Shown here piece after piece: positions 24,334 through 39,300 of a stretch of DNA of 64,000 nucleotides. The first letter of the stretch is position 1, and each line of letters begins with the position of its first letter. Below the pieces are notes generated by a model. That model was not told where the DNA came from and did not search any database. It was given only the letters and a program-made list of their open reading frames with translations. A program made the translations under genes and the position numbers. This DNA is from the human T2T-CHM13v2.0 reference genome, Homo sapiens: NCBI RefSeq assembly GCF_009914755.1, contig NC_060930.1, one strand, 5' to 3'.

Positions 24334-27300
24334 CTGTTTTTGTAGTATTTCCAAGCGGATATTTGGAACGCCTTGAAGCGTATGGTAGAAAAGGAAATAT
24401 CTTCCCATAAAACCTAGACAGAACCAATCTCAGAAACGACTTTGTGATGTCTGCATTCAAGTCACAGAGTTGAACATTTCTCTTGATAGAGCAGTTTTGA
24501 AACCCTCTTTCTGAAGGATCTGCAAGTGGATATTTGGAACTCCTTTGGGTCTTCGTTGGAAACGGGATATCTTCGTATAAATCTAGACAGAAGAATTCTC
24601 CGAAACTTCTTTGGTTGTGTGCATTCAAGTCACAGAGTGGAACCTTCCTTTGGATAGAGCAGTTTGAAACGCTGTGGTTGTAGTATTTCCAAGCGGATAT
24701 TAGAGCGCCTTGAGGCCTATGGTAGAAAAGGAAATATCTTCCCATAAAACCTAGACGGAAGCAATCTCAGAAACTACTGTGTGATGGCTGCATTCCACAC
24801 ACACGGTGGAACATTTCTCTTGATAGAGCAGTTTTGAAACACTCTTTCTGTAGAATCTGTAAGTGGATAATTGGACCGCCTTGAGGCCTTCGTTGGAAAC
24901 GGGATTTCTTCATGTTACTCTAGATAGAAGAATTCTCAAACACTGCTATGTGATGTTTGCATTCAAGTCACAGAGTGCAACATTCCTCTTGGTAGAGCAG
25001 TTGGGAAACACTCCTTTTGTAGAATCTGCAATGGGATATTTGGACTTCTTTGAGGCCTTCGTTGGAAACGGGATTTCTTCGTATGAATCTAGACAGAAGA
25101 ATTCTCAGAAACTTCCTTGTGATGTGTGCATTCAACTCAGCGAGTGGCACCTTCCTTTGGATACAGCAGTTTTGAAACACTGTTTTTGTAGTATTTCCAA
25201 GTGGATATTTAGAGCGCCTTGAAGCCTATGCTAGAAATGGAAATATCTCCCCATAAAACCAAGACAGAAGCAATCTCAGAAACTAATGTGTGATGGCTGC
25301 ATTCCACACACACGGTGGACCATTTCTCTTGATAGAGCAGTTTTGAAACACTCTTTCTGTAGAATCTGCAAGTGGATAATTGGACCTCCTAGAGGCCTTC
25401 GTTGGAAACGGGATTTCTTCATCTAAACCTACAGAGAAGAATTCTCAGTAACTTCTTCGGATGTGTGCATTCGACTCACAGAATGGAACATTCCCTTTGA
25501 TAGAGCAGTTTTGAGACACCGTTTTTGTAGAATTCCCAAGTGGATATTTAGAGCACTTTGAAGTCTCTGCTAGAAAAGGAAACATCTTCATGTAAAAAGT
25601 AGATAGAATCGTTCTCAGAAAGTACTTAGTGACGTGTGCGTTCAACTCACAGAGTTTAACGTTTCTTTTGATAGAGCGTTTCTGAAACACCCTTCTTGTA
25701 GTAGCTGCAAGTGGATATTTGGACCTATTGGAGGCCTTCTTTGGAAATGGGATTTCTTCATGTAACTCTAGATTGAAGAATTCTCAGAAACTCCTTTGTG
25801 ATGTGTGCATTCAATTCAAAGAGTGAAACCTCCCTTTTCACAGAGCAGTTTTGAAACACTGTTTTTGTAGGATTTCCAAGGGGATATTTATAGCGCATTG
25901 AGCCTACGGCGGAAAAAGAAACATCTTCCTATAAAAACTAGACAGAATACTTCTCAGAATCTGCTTTGCGATGTGTGCGTTCAACTCACAGAGTAAAACT
26001 TTTCTTTTGATAGAGCAGTTTTGAAACACTCTTTTTGTAGTATTTGCATGTGTATATTTAGAGCGCATTGAATCCCACAGTAGAAAAGGAAATAACTTCA
26101 CCTAAAACCTAGACAGAAGCAATCTCAGAAACTACTTTGTGATGTGTACATTCAACTCACAGAGTGGAACTTTCCTCTTTATAGAGCAGTGTTGAAACAC
26201 TCTTTTTGAAGAAACTGCAAGTGGATATTTGGACCTCTTTGAGGCCTTCGTTGGAAACGGGATTTCTTCCTGTAACCCTAGACAGAAGAATTTTCAGAAA
26301 CCTCATTGTGATGTGTGCGTTCATCTCACAGAGTGGAGTCTTCCGTTTGATAGAGAAGTTTTGAAACCCTGTTCTTGTAGGATTTCCAAGTGGATATTTA
26401 GACCACTTTGAAGCCTATGATAGAAAAGGAAACATCTTCATGGAAAACATAGATAGAATCATTCTCAGAAACAACTTTGTGATGTGTGCGTTGAACTCAC
26501 CGTCTTTAACCTTTCTTTTGGTAGAGAAGTTTTGAAACACTCTCTTTGTAAAGTCTACAAGTGGATATTTTGAGCCCTTGGAGGCATTCTTTGGAAAAGG
26601 GAATGTCTTCACATAAAAGGCAGACAGAAGTGTTCTCAGAAACTGCTTTGTGATGTCTGTGTTCAACTCACAGAGTTTAACATTTCCTTTGATAGAGCGG
26701 TTTAGTAACCCTCTCTTTGTAGAATTTGGAAGTGTATACCAAGAGCGCTTTGAGGCCTATGGTAGAAAAGGAAATATCTTTCCATAAAAGCTAGACAGAA
26801 GCAATCTCAGAAACTCCTTTGTGATGTCTGCATTCAACTCACCGAGTGGAACATTCCTCTTGAGAGAGCAGTTTGGAAACACTCTTTCTGTAGAATCAGC
26901 TTGTTTGTATTTGGACCTCCTTGAGGCCTTCGTTGGAAACGGGTTTTCATCTTATAAACCCAGACAGAAGAATTCTCAGAGTCTTCTTTGTGATGTGTGC
27001 TTTCAACTCACCGAGATAAAGATTTCTCTTGATAGAGCAATTTGGAAACACTCTTTTTGTAGAATTTGCAAGGGTACATTGAGAGCGCTTTCAGGCCTAT
27101 GGTAGAAAAGGGAATATCTTTCCATAAAAGGTAGACAGAAGCAATCTCAGAAACTACTTTGTGATGTGTGCATTCAACTCACCGAGTGCAACGTTCCTCT
27201 TGACCGAGCAGTTTGGAAACATTGTTTCTGTAGAATCTGCAAGTGGATATTTGGACCTCTTTGAGGCCTTCGTTGGAAACGGGATTTCTTCCTATAAACC

Positions 27301-30300
27301 CAGACAGAAGAATTCTCAGAGACTTCTTTGTGATGTGTGAATTCAACTCACAGTGTGGATCCTTCCTTTTGATAGAGCAGTTTTGAAACACTGTTTTTGT
27401 AGTATTTCCAAGCGGATATTTGGAACGCCTTGAAGCGTATGGTAGAAAAGGAAATATCTTCCCATAAAACCTAGACAGAACCAATCTCAGAAACGACTTT
27501 GTGATGTCTGCATTCAACTCACAGAGTTGAACATTTCTCTTGATAGAGCAGTTTTGAAACCCTCTTTCTGAAGGATCTGCAAGTGGATATTTGGAACTCC
27601 TTTGGGTCTTCGCTGGAAACGGGATTTCTTCGTATAAATCTAGACAGAAGAATTCTCCGAAACTTCTTTGGTTGTGTGCATTCAAGTCACAGAGTGGAAC
27701 CTTCCTTTGGATAGAGCAGTTTGAAACGCTGTGGTTGTAGTATTTCCAAGCGGATATTAGAGCGCCTTGAGGCCTATGGTAGAAAAGGAAATATCTTCCC
27801 ATAAAACCTAGACGGAAGCAATCTCAGAAACTACTGTGTGATGGCTGCATTCCACACACACGGTGGAACATTTCTCTTGATAGAGCAGTTTTGAAACACT
27901 CTTTCTGTAGAATCTGCAAGTGGATAATTGGACCGCCTTGAGGCCTTCGTTGGAAACGGGATTTCTTCATGTTACTCTAGATAGAAGAATTCTCAAACAC
28001 TGCTATGTGATGTTTGCATTCAAGTCACAGAGTGCAACATTCCTCTTGGTAGAGCAGTTGGGAAACACTCCTTTTGTAGAATCTGCAATGGGATATTTGG
28101 ACTTCTTTGAGGCCTTCGTTGGAAACGGGATTTCTTCGTATGAATCTAGACAGAAGAATTCTCAGAAACTTCCTTGTGATGTGTGCATTCAACTCAGCGA
28201 GTGGCACCTTCCTTTGGATACAGCAGTTTTGAAACACTGTTTTTGTAGTATTTCCAAGCGGATATTTAGAGCGCCTTGAAGCCTATGCTAGAAATGGAAA
28301 TATCTCCCCATAAAACCAAGACAGAAGCAATCTCAGAAACTAATGTGTGATGGCTGCATTCCACACACACGGTGGACCATTTCTCTTGATAGAGCAGTTT
28401 TGAAACACTCTTTCTGTAGAATCTGCAAGTGGATAATTGGACCTCCTAGAGGCCTTCGTTGGAAACGGGATTTCTTCATCTAAACCTACAGAGAAGAATT
28501 CTCAGTAACTTCTTCGGATGTGTGCATTCGACTCACAGAATGGAACATTCCCTTTGATAGAGCAGTTTTGAGACACCGTTTTTGTAGAATTCCCAAGTGG
28601 ATATTTAGAGCACTTTGAAGTCTCTGCTAGAAAAGGAAACATCTTCATGTAAAAAGTAGATAGAATCGTTCTCAGAAAGTGCTTAGTGACGTGTGCGTTC
28701 AACTCACAGAGTTTAACGTTTCTTTTGATAGAGCGTTTCTGAAACACCCTTCTTGTAGTAGCTGTAAGTGGATATTTGGACCTATTGGAGGCCTTCTTTG
28801 GAAATGGGATTTCTTCATGTAACTCTAGATTGAAGAATTCTCAGAAACTCCTTTGTGATGTGTGCATTCAATTCAAAGAGTGAAACCTCCCTTTTCACAG
28901 AGCAGTTTTGAAACACTGTTTTTGTAGGATTTCCAAGGGGATATTTATAGCGCATTGAGCCTACGGCGGAAAAAGAAACATCTTCCTATAAAAACTAGAC
29001 AGAATACTTCTCAGAATCTGCTTTGCGATGTGTGCGTTCAACTCACAGAGTAAAACTTTTCTTTTGATAGAGCAGTTTTGAAACACTCTTTTTGTAGTAT
29101 TTGCATGTGTATATTTAGAGCGCATTGAATCCCACAGTAGAAAAGGAAATAACTTCACCTAAAACCTAGACAGAAGCAATCTCAGAAACTACTTTGTGAT
29201 GTGTACATTCAACTCACAGAGTGGAACTTTCCTCTTTATAGAGCAGTGTTGAAACACTCTTTTTGTAGAAACTGCAAGTGGATATTTGGACCTCTTTGAG
29301 GCCTTCGTTGGAAACGGGATTTCTTCCTATAACCCTAGACAGAAGAATTTTCAGAAACCTCATTGTGATGTGTGCGTTCATCTCACAGAGTGGAGTCTTC
29401 CGTTTGATAGAGAAGTTTTGAAACCCTGTTCTTGTAGGATTTCCAAGTGGATATTTAGACCACTTTGAAGCCTATGATAGAAAAGGAAACATCTTCATGG
29501 AAAACATAGATAGAATCATTCTCAGAAACAACTTTGTGATGTGTGCGTTGAACTCACCGTCTTTAACCTTTCTTTTGGTAGAGAAGTTTTGAAACACTCT
29601 CTTTGTAAAGTCTACAAGTGGATATTTTGAGCCCTTGGAGGCATTCTTTGGAAAAGGGAATGTCTTCACATAAAAGGCAGACAGAAGTGTTCTCAGAAAC
29701 TGCTTTGTGATGTCTGTGTTCAACTCACAGAGTTTAACATTTCCTTTGATAGAGCGGTTTAGTAACCCTCTCTTTGTAGAATTTGGAAGTGTATACCAAG
29801 AGCGCTTTGAGGCCTATGGTAGAAAAGGAAATATCTTTCCATAAAAGCTAGACAGAAGCAATCTCAGAAACTCCTTTGTGATGTCTGCATTCAACTCACC
29901 GAGTGGAACATTCCTCTTGAGAGAGCAGTTTGGAAACACTCTTTCTGTAGAATCAGCTTGTTTGTATTTGGACCTCCTTGAGGCCTTCGTTGGAAACGGG
30001 TTTTCATCTTATAAACCCAGACAGAAGAATTCTCAGAGTCTTCTTTGTGATGTGTGCTTTCAACTCACCGAGATAAAGATTTCTCTTGATAGAGCAATTT
30101 GGAAACACTCTTTTTGTAGAATTTGCAAGGGTACATTGAGAGCGCTTTCAGGCCTATGGTAGAAAAGGGAATATCTTTCCATAAAAGGTAGACAGAAGCA
30201 ATCTCAGAAACTACTTTGTGATGTGTGCATTCAACTCACCGAGTGCAACGTTCCTCTTGACCGAGCAGTTTGGAAACATTGTTTCTGTAGAATCTGCAAG

Positions 30301-33300
30301 TGGATATTTGGACCTCTTTGAGGCCTTCGTTGGAAACGGGATTTCTTCCTATAAACCCAGACAGAAGAATTCTCAGAGACTTCTTTGTGATGTGTGAATT
30401 CAACTCACAGTGTGGATCCTTCCTTTTGATAGAGCAGTTTTGAAACACTGTTTTTGTAGTATTTCCAAGCGGATATTTGGAACGCCTTGAAGCGTATGGT
30501 AGAAAAGGAAATATCTTCCCATAAAACCTAGACAGAACCAATCTCAGAAACGACTTTGTGATGTCTGCATTCAACTCACAGAGTTGAACATTTCTCTTGA
30601 TAGAGCAGTTTTGAAACCCTCTTTCTGAAGGATCTGCAAGTGGATATTTGGAACTCCTTTGGGTCTTCGCTGGAAACGGGATTTCTTCGTATAAATCTAG
30701 ACAGAAGAATTCTCCGAAACTTCTTTGGTTGTGTGCATTCAAGTCACAGAGTGGAACCTTCCTTTGGATAGAGCAGTTTGAAACGCTGTGGTTGTAGTAT
30801 TTCCAAGCGGATATTAGAGCGCCTTGAGGCCTATGGTAGAAAAGGAAATATCTTCCCATAAAACCTAGACGGAAGCAATCTCAGAAACTACTGTGTGATG
30901 GCTGCATTCCACACACACGGTGGAACATTTCTCTTGATAGAGCAGTTTTGAAACACTCTTTCTGTAGAATCTGCAAGTGGATAATTGGACCGCCTTGAGG
31001 CCTTCGTTGGAAACGGGATTTCTTCATGTTACTCTAGATAGAAGAATTCTCAAACACTGCTATGTGATGTTTGCATTCAAGTCACAGAGTGCAACATTCC
31101 TCTTGGTAGAGCAGTTGGGAAACACTCCTTTTGTAGAATCTGCAATGGGATATTTGGACTTCTTTGAGGCCTTCGTTGGAAACGGGATTTCTTCGTATGA
31201 ATCTAGACAGAAGAATTCTCAGAAACTTCCTTGTGATGTGTGCATTCAACTCAGCGAGTGGCACCTTCCTTTGGATACAGCAGTTTTGAAACACTGTTTT
31301 TGTAGTATTTCCAAGCGGATATTTAGAGCGCCTTGAAGCCTATGCTAGAAATGGAAATATCTCCCCATAAAACCAAGACAGAAGCAATCTCAGAAACTAA
31401 TGTGTGATGGCTGCATTCCACACACACGGTGGACCATTTCTCTTGATAGAGCAGTTTTGAAACACTCTTTCTGTAGAATCTGCAAGTGGATAATTGGACC
31501 TCCTAGAGGCCTTCGTTGGAAACGGGATTTCTTCATCTAAACCTACAGAGAAGAATTCTCAGTAACTTCTTCGGATGTGTGCATTCGACTCACAGAATGG
31601 AACATTCCCTTTGATAGAGCAGTTTTGAGACACCGTTTTTGTAGAATTCCCAAGTGGATATTTAGAGCACTTTGAAGTCTCTGCTAGAAAAGGAAACATC
31701 TTCATGTAAAAAGTAGATAGAATCGTCCTCAGAAAGTGCTTAGTGACGTGTGCGTTCAACTCACAGAGTTTAACGTTTCTTTTGATAGAGCGTTTCTGAA
31801 ACACCCTTCTTGTAGTAGCTGTAAGTGGATATTTGGACCTATTGGAGGCCTTCTTTGGAAATGGGATTTCTTCATGTAACTCTAGATTGAAGAATTCTCA
31901 GAAACTCCTTTGTGATGTGTGCATTCAATTCAAAGAGTGAAACCTCCCTTTTCACAGAGCAGTTTTGAAACACTGTTTTTGTAGGATTTCCAAGGGGATA
32001 TTTATAGTGCATTGAGCCTACGGCGGAAAAAGAAACATCTTCCTATAAAAACTAGACAGAATACTTCTCAGAATCTGCTTTGCGATGTGTGCGTTCAACT
32101 CACAGAGTAAAACTTTTCTTTTGATAGAGCAGTTTTGAAACACTCTTTTTGTAGTATTTGCATGTGTATATTTAGAGCGCATTGAATCCCACAGTAGAAA
32201 AGGAAATAACTTCACCTAAAACCTAGACAGAAGCAATCTCAGAAACTACTTTGTGATGTGTACATTCAACTCACAGAGTGGAACTTTCCTCTTTATAGAG
32301 CAGTGTTGAAACACTCTTTTTGTAGAAACTGCAAGTGGATATTTGGACCTCTTTGAGGCCTTCGTTGGAAACGGGATTTCTTCCTATAACCCTAGACAGA
32401 AGAATTTTCAGAAACCTCATTGTGATGTGTGCGTTCATCTCACAGAGTGGAGTCTTCCGTTTGATAGAGAAGTTTTGAAACCCTGTTCTTGTAGGATTTC
32501 CAAGTGGATATTTAGACCACTTTGAAGCCTATGATAGAAAAGGAAACATCTTCATGGAAAACATAGATAGAATCATTCTCAGAAACAACTTTGTGATGTG
32601 TGCGTTGAACTCACCGTCTTTAACCTTTCTTTTGGTAGAGAAGTTTTGAAACACTCTCTTTGTAAAGTCTACAAGTGGATATTTTGAGCCCTTGGAGGCA
32701 TTCTTTGGAAAAGGGAATGTCTTCACATAAAAGGCAGACAGAAGTGTTCTCAGAAACTGCTTTGTGATGTCTGTGTTCAACTCACAGAGTTTAACATTTC
32801 CTTTGATAGAGCGGTTTAGTAACCCTCTCTTTGTAGAATTTGGAAGTGTATACCAAGAGCGCTTTGAGGCCTATGGTAGAAAAGGAAATATCTTTCCATA
32901 AAAGCTAGACAGAAGCAATCTCAGAAACTCCTTTGTGATGTCTGCATTCAACTCACCGAGTGGAACATTCCTCTTGAGAGAGCAGTTTGGAAACACTCTT
33001 TCTGTAGAATCAGCTTGTTTGTATTTGGACCTCCTTGAGGCCTTCGTTGGAAACGGGTTTTCATCTTATAAACCCAGACAGAAGAATTCTCAGAGTCTTC
33101 TTTGTGATGTGTGCTTTCAACTCACCGAGATAAAGATTTCTCTTGATAGAGCAATTTGGAAACACTCTTTTTGTAGAATTTGCAAGGGTACATTGAGAGC
33201 GCTTTCAGGCCTATGGTAGAAAAGGGAATATCTTTCCATAAAAGGTAGACAGAAGCAATCTCAGAAACTACTTTGTGATGTGTGCATTCAACTCACCGAG

Positions 33301-36300
33301 TGCAACGTTCCTCTTGACCGAGCAGTTTGGAAACATTGTTTCTGTAGAATCTGCAAGTGGATATTTGGACCTCTTTGAGGCCTTCGTTGGAAACGGGATT
33401 TCTTCCTATAAACCCAGACAGAAGAATTCTCAGAGACTTCTTTGTGATGTGTGAATTCAACTCACAGTGTGGATCCTTCCTTTTGATAGAGCAGTTTTGA
33501 AACACTGTTTTTGTAGTATTTCCAAGTGGATATTTGGAACGCCTTGAAGCGTATGGTAGAAAAGGAAATATCTTCCCATAAAACCTAGACAGAACCAATC
33601 TCAGAAACGACTTTGTGATGTCTGCATTCAACTCACAGAGTTGAACATTTCTCTTGATAGAGCAGTTTTGAAACCCTCTTTCTGAAGGATCTGCAAGTGG
33701 ATATTTGGAACTCCTTTGGGTCTTCGCTGGAAACGGGATTTCTTCGTATAAATCTAGACAGAAGAATTCTCCGAAACTTCTTTGGTTGTGTGCATTCAAG
33801 TCACAGAGTGGAACCTTCCTTTGGATAGAGCAGTTTGAAACGCTGTGGTTGTAGTATTTCCAAGCGGATATTAGAGCGCCTTGAGGCCTATGGTAGAAAA
33901 GGAAATATCTTCCCATAAAACCTAGACGGAAGCAATCTCAGAAACTACTGTGTGATGGCTGCATTCCACACACACGGTGGAACATTTCTCTTGATAGAGC
34001 AGTTTTGAAACACTCTTTCTGTAGAATCTGCAAGTGGATAATTGGACCGCCTTGAGGCCTTCGTTGGAAACGGGATTTCTTCATGTTACTCTAGATAGAA
34101 GAATTCTCAAACACTGCTATGTGATGTTTGCATTCAAGTCACAGAGTGCAACATTCCTCTTGGTAGAGCAGTTGGGAAACACTCCTTTTGTAGAATCTGC
34201 AATGGGATATTTGGACTTCTTTGAGGCCTTCGTTGGAAACGGGATTTCTTCGTATGAATCTAGACAGAAGAATTCTCAGAAACTTCCTTGTGATGTGTGC
34301 ATTCAACTCAGCGAGTGGCACCTTCCTTTGGATACAGCAGTTTTGAAACACTGTTTTTGTAGTATTTCCAAGCGGATATTTAGAGCGCCTTGAAGCCTAT
34401 GCTAGAAATGGAAATATCTCCCCATAAAACCAAGACAGAAGCAATCTCAGAAACTAATGTGTGATGGCTGCATTCCACACACACGGTGGACCATTTCTCT
34501 TGATAGAGCAGTTTTGAAACACTCTTTCTGTAGAATCTGCAAGTGGATAATTGGACCTCCTAGAGGCCTTCGTTGGAAACGGGATTTCTTCATCTAAACC
34601 TACAGAGAAGAATTCTCAGTAACTTCTTCGGATGTGTGCATTCGACTCACAGAATGGAACATTCCCTTTGATAGAGCAGTTTTGAGACACCGTTTTTGTA
34701 GAATTCCCAAGTGGATATTTAGAGCACTTTGAAGTCTCTGCTAGAAAAGGAAACATCTTCATGTAAAAAGTAGATAGAATCGTTCTCAGAAAGTGCTTAG
34801 TGACGTGTGCGTTCAACTCACAGAGTTTAACGTTTCTTTTGATAGAGCGTTTCTGAAACACCCTTCTTGTAGTAGCTGTAAGTGGATATTTGGACCTATT
34901 GGAGGCCTTCTTTGGAAATGGGATTTCTTCATGTAACTCTAGATTGAAGAATTCTCAGAAACTCCTTTGTGATGTGTGCATTCAATTCAAAGAGTGAAAC
35001 CTCCCTTTTCACAGAGCAGTTTTGAAACACTGTTTTTGTAGGATTTCCAAGGGGATATTTATAGCGCATTGAGCCTACGGCGGAAAAAGAAACATCTTCC
35101 TATAAAAACTAGACAGAATACTTCTCAGAATCTGCTTTGCGATGTGTGCGTTCAACTCACAGAGTAAAACTTTTCTTTTGATAGAGCAGTTTTGAAACAC
35201 TCTTTTTGTAGTATTTGCATGTGTATATTTAGAGCGCATTGAATCCCACAGTAGAAAAGGAAATAACTTCACCTAAAACCTAGACAGAAGCAATCTCAGA
35301 AACTACTTTGTGATGTGTACATTCAACTCACAGAGTGGAACTTTCCTCTTTATAGAGCAGTGTTGAAACACTCTTTTTGTAGAAACTGCAAGTGGATATT
35401 TGGACCTCTTTGAGGCCTTCGTTGGAAACGGGATTTCTTCCTATAACCCTAGACAGAAGAATTTTCAGAAACCTCATTGTGATGTGTGCGTTCATCTCAC
35501 AGAGTGGAGTCTTCCGTTTGATAGAGAAGTTTTGAAACCCTGTTCTTGTAGGATTTCCAAGTGGATATTTAGACCACTTTGAAGCCTATGATAGAAAAGG
35601 AAACATCTTCATGGAAAACATAGATAGAATCATTCTCAGAAACAACTTTGTGATGTGTGCGTTGAACTCACCGTCTTTAACCTTTCTTTTGGTAGAGAAG
35701 TTTTGAAACACTCTCTTTGTAAAGTCTACAAGTGGATATTTTGAGCCCTTGGAGGCATTCTTTGGAAAAGGGAATGTCTTCACATAAAAGGCAGACAGAA
35801 GTGTTCTCAGAAACTGCTTTGTGATGTCTGTGTTCAACTCACAGAGTTTAACATTTCCTTTGATAGAGCGGTTTAGTAACCCTCTCTTTGTAGAATTTGG
35901 AAGTGTATACCAAGAGCGCTTTGAGGCCTATGGTAGAAAAGGAAATATCTTTCCATAAAAGCTAGACAGAAGCAATCTCAGAAACTCCTTTGTGATGTCT
36001 GCATTCAACTCACCGAGTGGAACATTCCTCTTGAGAGAGCAGTTTGGAAACACTCTTTCTGTAGAATCAGCTTGTTTGTATTTGGACCTCCTTGAGGCCT
36101 TCGTTGGAAACGGGTTTTCATCTTATAAACCCAGACAGAAGAATTCTCAGAGTCTTCTTTGTGATGTGTGCTTTCAACTCACCGAGATAAAGATTTCTCT
36201 TGATAGAGCAATTTGGAAACACTCTTTTTGTAGAATTTGCAAGGGTACATTGAGAGCGCTTTCAGGCCTATGGTAGAAAAGGGAATATCTTTCCATAAAA

Positions 36301-39300
36301 GGTAGACAGAAGCAATCTCAGAAACTACTTTGTGATGTGTGCATTCAACTCACCGAGTGCAACGTTCCTCTTGACCGAGCAGTTTGGAAACATTGTTTCT
36401 GTAGAATCTGCAAGTGGATATTTGGACCTCTTTGAGGCCTTCGTTGGAAACGGGATTTCTTCCTATAAACCCAGACAGAAGAATTCTCAGAGACTTCTTT
36501 GTGATGTGTGAATTCAACTCACAGTGTGGATCCTTCCTTTTGATAGAGCAGTTTTGAAACACTGTTTTTGTAGTATTTCCAAGCGGATATTTGGAACGCC
36601 TTGAAGCGTATGGTAGAAAAGGAAATATCTTCCCATAAAACCTAGACAGAACCAATCTCAGAAACGACTTTGTGATGTCTGCATTCAACTCACAGAGTTG
36701 AACATTTCTCTTGATAGAGCAGTTTTGAAACCCTCTTTCTGAAGGATCTGCAAGTGGATATTTGGAACTCCTTTGGGTCTTCGCTGGAAACGGGATTTCT
36801 TCGTATAAATCTAGACAGAAGAATTCTCCGAAACTTCTTTGGTTGTGTGCATTCAAGTCACAGAGTGGAACCTTCCTTTGGATAGAGCAGTTTGAAACGC
36901 TGTGGTTGTAGTATTTCCAAGCGGATATTAGAGCGCCTTGAGGCCTATGGTAGAAAAGGAAATATCTTCCCATAAAACCTAGACGGAAGCAATCTCAGAA
37001 ACTACTGTGTGATGGCTGCATTCCACACACACGGTGGAACATTTCTCTTGATAGAGCAGTTTTGAAACACTCTTTCTGTAGAATCTGCAAGTGGATAATT
37101 GGACCGCCTTGAGGCCTTCGTTGGAAACGGGATTTCTTCATGTTACTCTAGATAGAAGAATTCTCAAACACTGCTATGTGATGTTTGCATTCAAGTCACA
37201 GAGTGCAACATTCCTCTTGGTAGAGCAGTTGGGAAACACTCCTTTTGTAGAATCTGCAATGGGATATTTGGACTTCTTTGAGGCCTTCGTTGGAAACGGG
37301 ATTTCTTCGTATGAATCTAGACAGAAGAATTCTCAGAAACTTCCTTGTGATGTGTGCATTCAACTCAGCGAGTGGCACCTTCCTTTGGATACAGCAGTTT
37401 TGAAACACTGTTTTTGTAGTATTTCCAAGCGGATATTTAGAGCGCCTTGAAGCCTATGCTAGAAATGGAAATATCTCCCCATAAAACCAAGACAGAAGCA
37501 ATCTCAGAAACTAATGTGTGATGGCTGCATTCCACACACACGGTGGACCATTTCTCTTGATAGAGCAGTTTTGAAACACTCTTTCTGTAGAATCTGCAAG
37601 TGGATAATTGGACCTCCTAGAGGCCTTCGTTGGAAACGGGATTTCTTCATCTAAACCTACAGAGAAGAATTCTCAGTAACTTCTTCGGATGTGTGCATTC
37701 GACTCACAGAATGGAACATTCCCTTTGATAGAGCAGTTTTGAGACACCGTTTTTGTAGAATTCCCAAGTGGATATTTAGAGCACTTTGAAGTCTCTGCTA
37801 GAAAAGGAAACATCTTCATGTAAAAAGTAGATAGAATCGTTCTCAGAAAGTGCTTAGTGACGTGTGCGTTCAACTCACAGAGTTTAACGTTTCTTTTGAT
37901 AGAGCGTTTCTGAAACACCCTTCTTGTAGTAGCTGTAAGTGGATATTTGGACCTATTGGAGGCCTTCTTTGGAAATGGGATTTCTTCATGTAACTCTAGA
38001 TTGAAGAATTCTCAGAAACTCCTTTGTGATGTGTGCATTCAATTCAAAGAGTGAAACCTCCCTTTTCACAGAGCAGTTTTGAAACACTGTTTTTGTAGGA
38101 TTTCCAAGGGGATATTTATAGCGCATTGAGCCTACGGCGGAAAAAGAAACATCTTCCTATAAAAACTAGACAGAATACTTCTCAGAATCTGCTTTGCGAT
38201 GTGTGCGTTCAACTCACAGAGTAAAACTTTTCTTTTGATAGAGCAGTTTTGAAACACTCTTTTTGTAGTATTTGCATGTGTATATTTAGAGCGCATTGAA
38301 GCCCACAGTAGAAAAGGAAATAACTTCACCTAAAACCTAGACAGAAGCAATCTCAGAAACTACTTTGTGATGTGTACATTCAACTCACAGAGTGGAACTT
38401 TCCTCTTTATAGAGCAGTGTTGAAACACTCTTTTTGTAGAAACTGCAAGTGGATATTTGGACCTCTTTGAGGCCTTCGTTGGAAACGGGATTTCTTCCTA
38501 TAACCCTAGACAGAAGAATTTTCAGAAACCTCATTGTGATGTGTGCGTTCATCTCACAGAGTGGAGTCTTCCGTTTGATAGAGAAGTTTTGCAACCCTGT
38601 TCTTGTAGGATTTCCAAGTGGATATTTAGACCACTTTGAAGCCTATGATAGAAAAGGAAACATCTTCATGGAAAACATAGATAGAATCATCCTCAGAAAC
38701 AACTTTGTGATGTGTGCGTTGAACTCACCGTCTTTAACCTTTCTTTTGGTAGAGAAGTTTTGAAACACTCTCTTTGTAAAGTCTACAAGTGGATATTTTG
38801 AGCCCTTGGAGGCATTCTTTGGAAAAGGGAATGTCTTCACATAAAAGGCAGACAGAAGTGTTCTCAGAAACTGCTTTGTGATGTCTGTGTTCAACTCACA
38901 GAGTTTAACATTTCCTTTGATAGAGCGGTTTAGTGACCCTCTCTTTGTAGAATTTGGAAGTGTATACTAAGAGCGCTTTGAGGCCTATGGTAGAAAAGGA
39001 AATATCTTTCCATAAAAGCTAGACAGAAGCAATCTCAGAAACTCCTTTGTGATGTCTGCATTCAACTCACCGAGTGGAACATTCCTCTTGAGAGAGCAGT
39101 TTGGAAACACTCTTTCTGTAGAATCAGCTTGTTTGTATTTGGACCTCCTTGAGGCCTTCGTTGGAAACGGGTTTTCATCTTATAAACCCAGACAGAAGAA
39201 TTCTCAGAGTCTTCTTTGTGATGTGTGCTTTCAACTCACCGAGATAAAGATTTCTCTTGATAGAGCAATTTGGAAACACTCTTTTTGTAGAATTTGCAAG

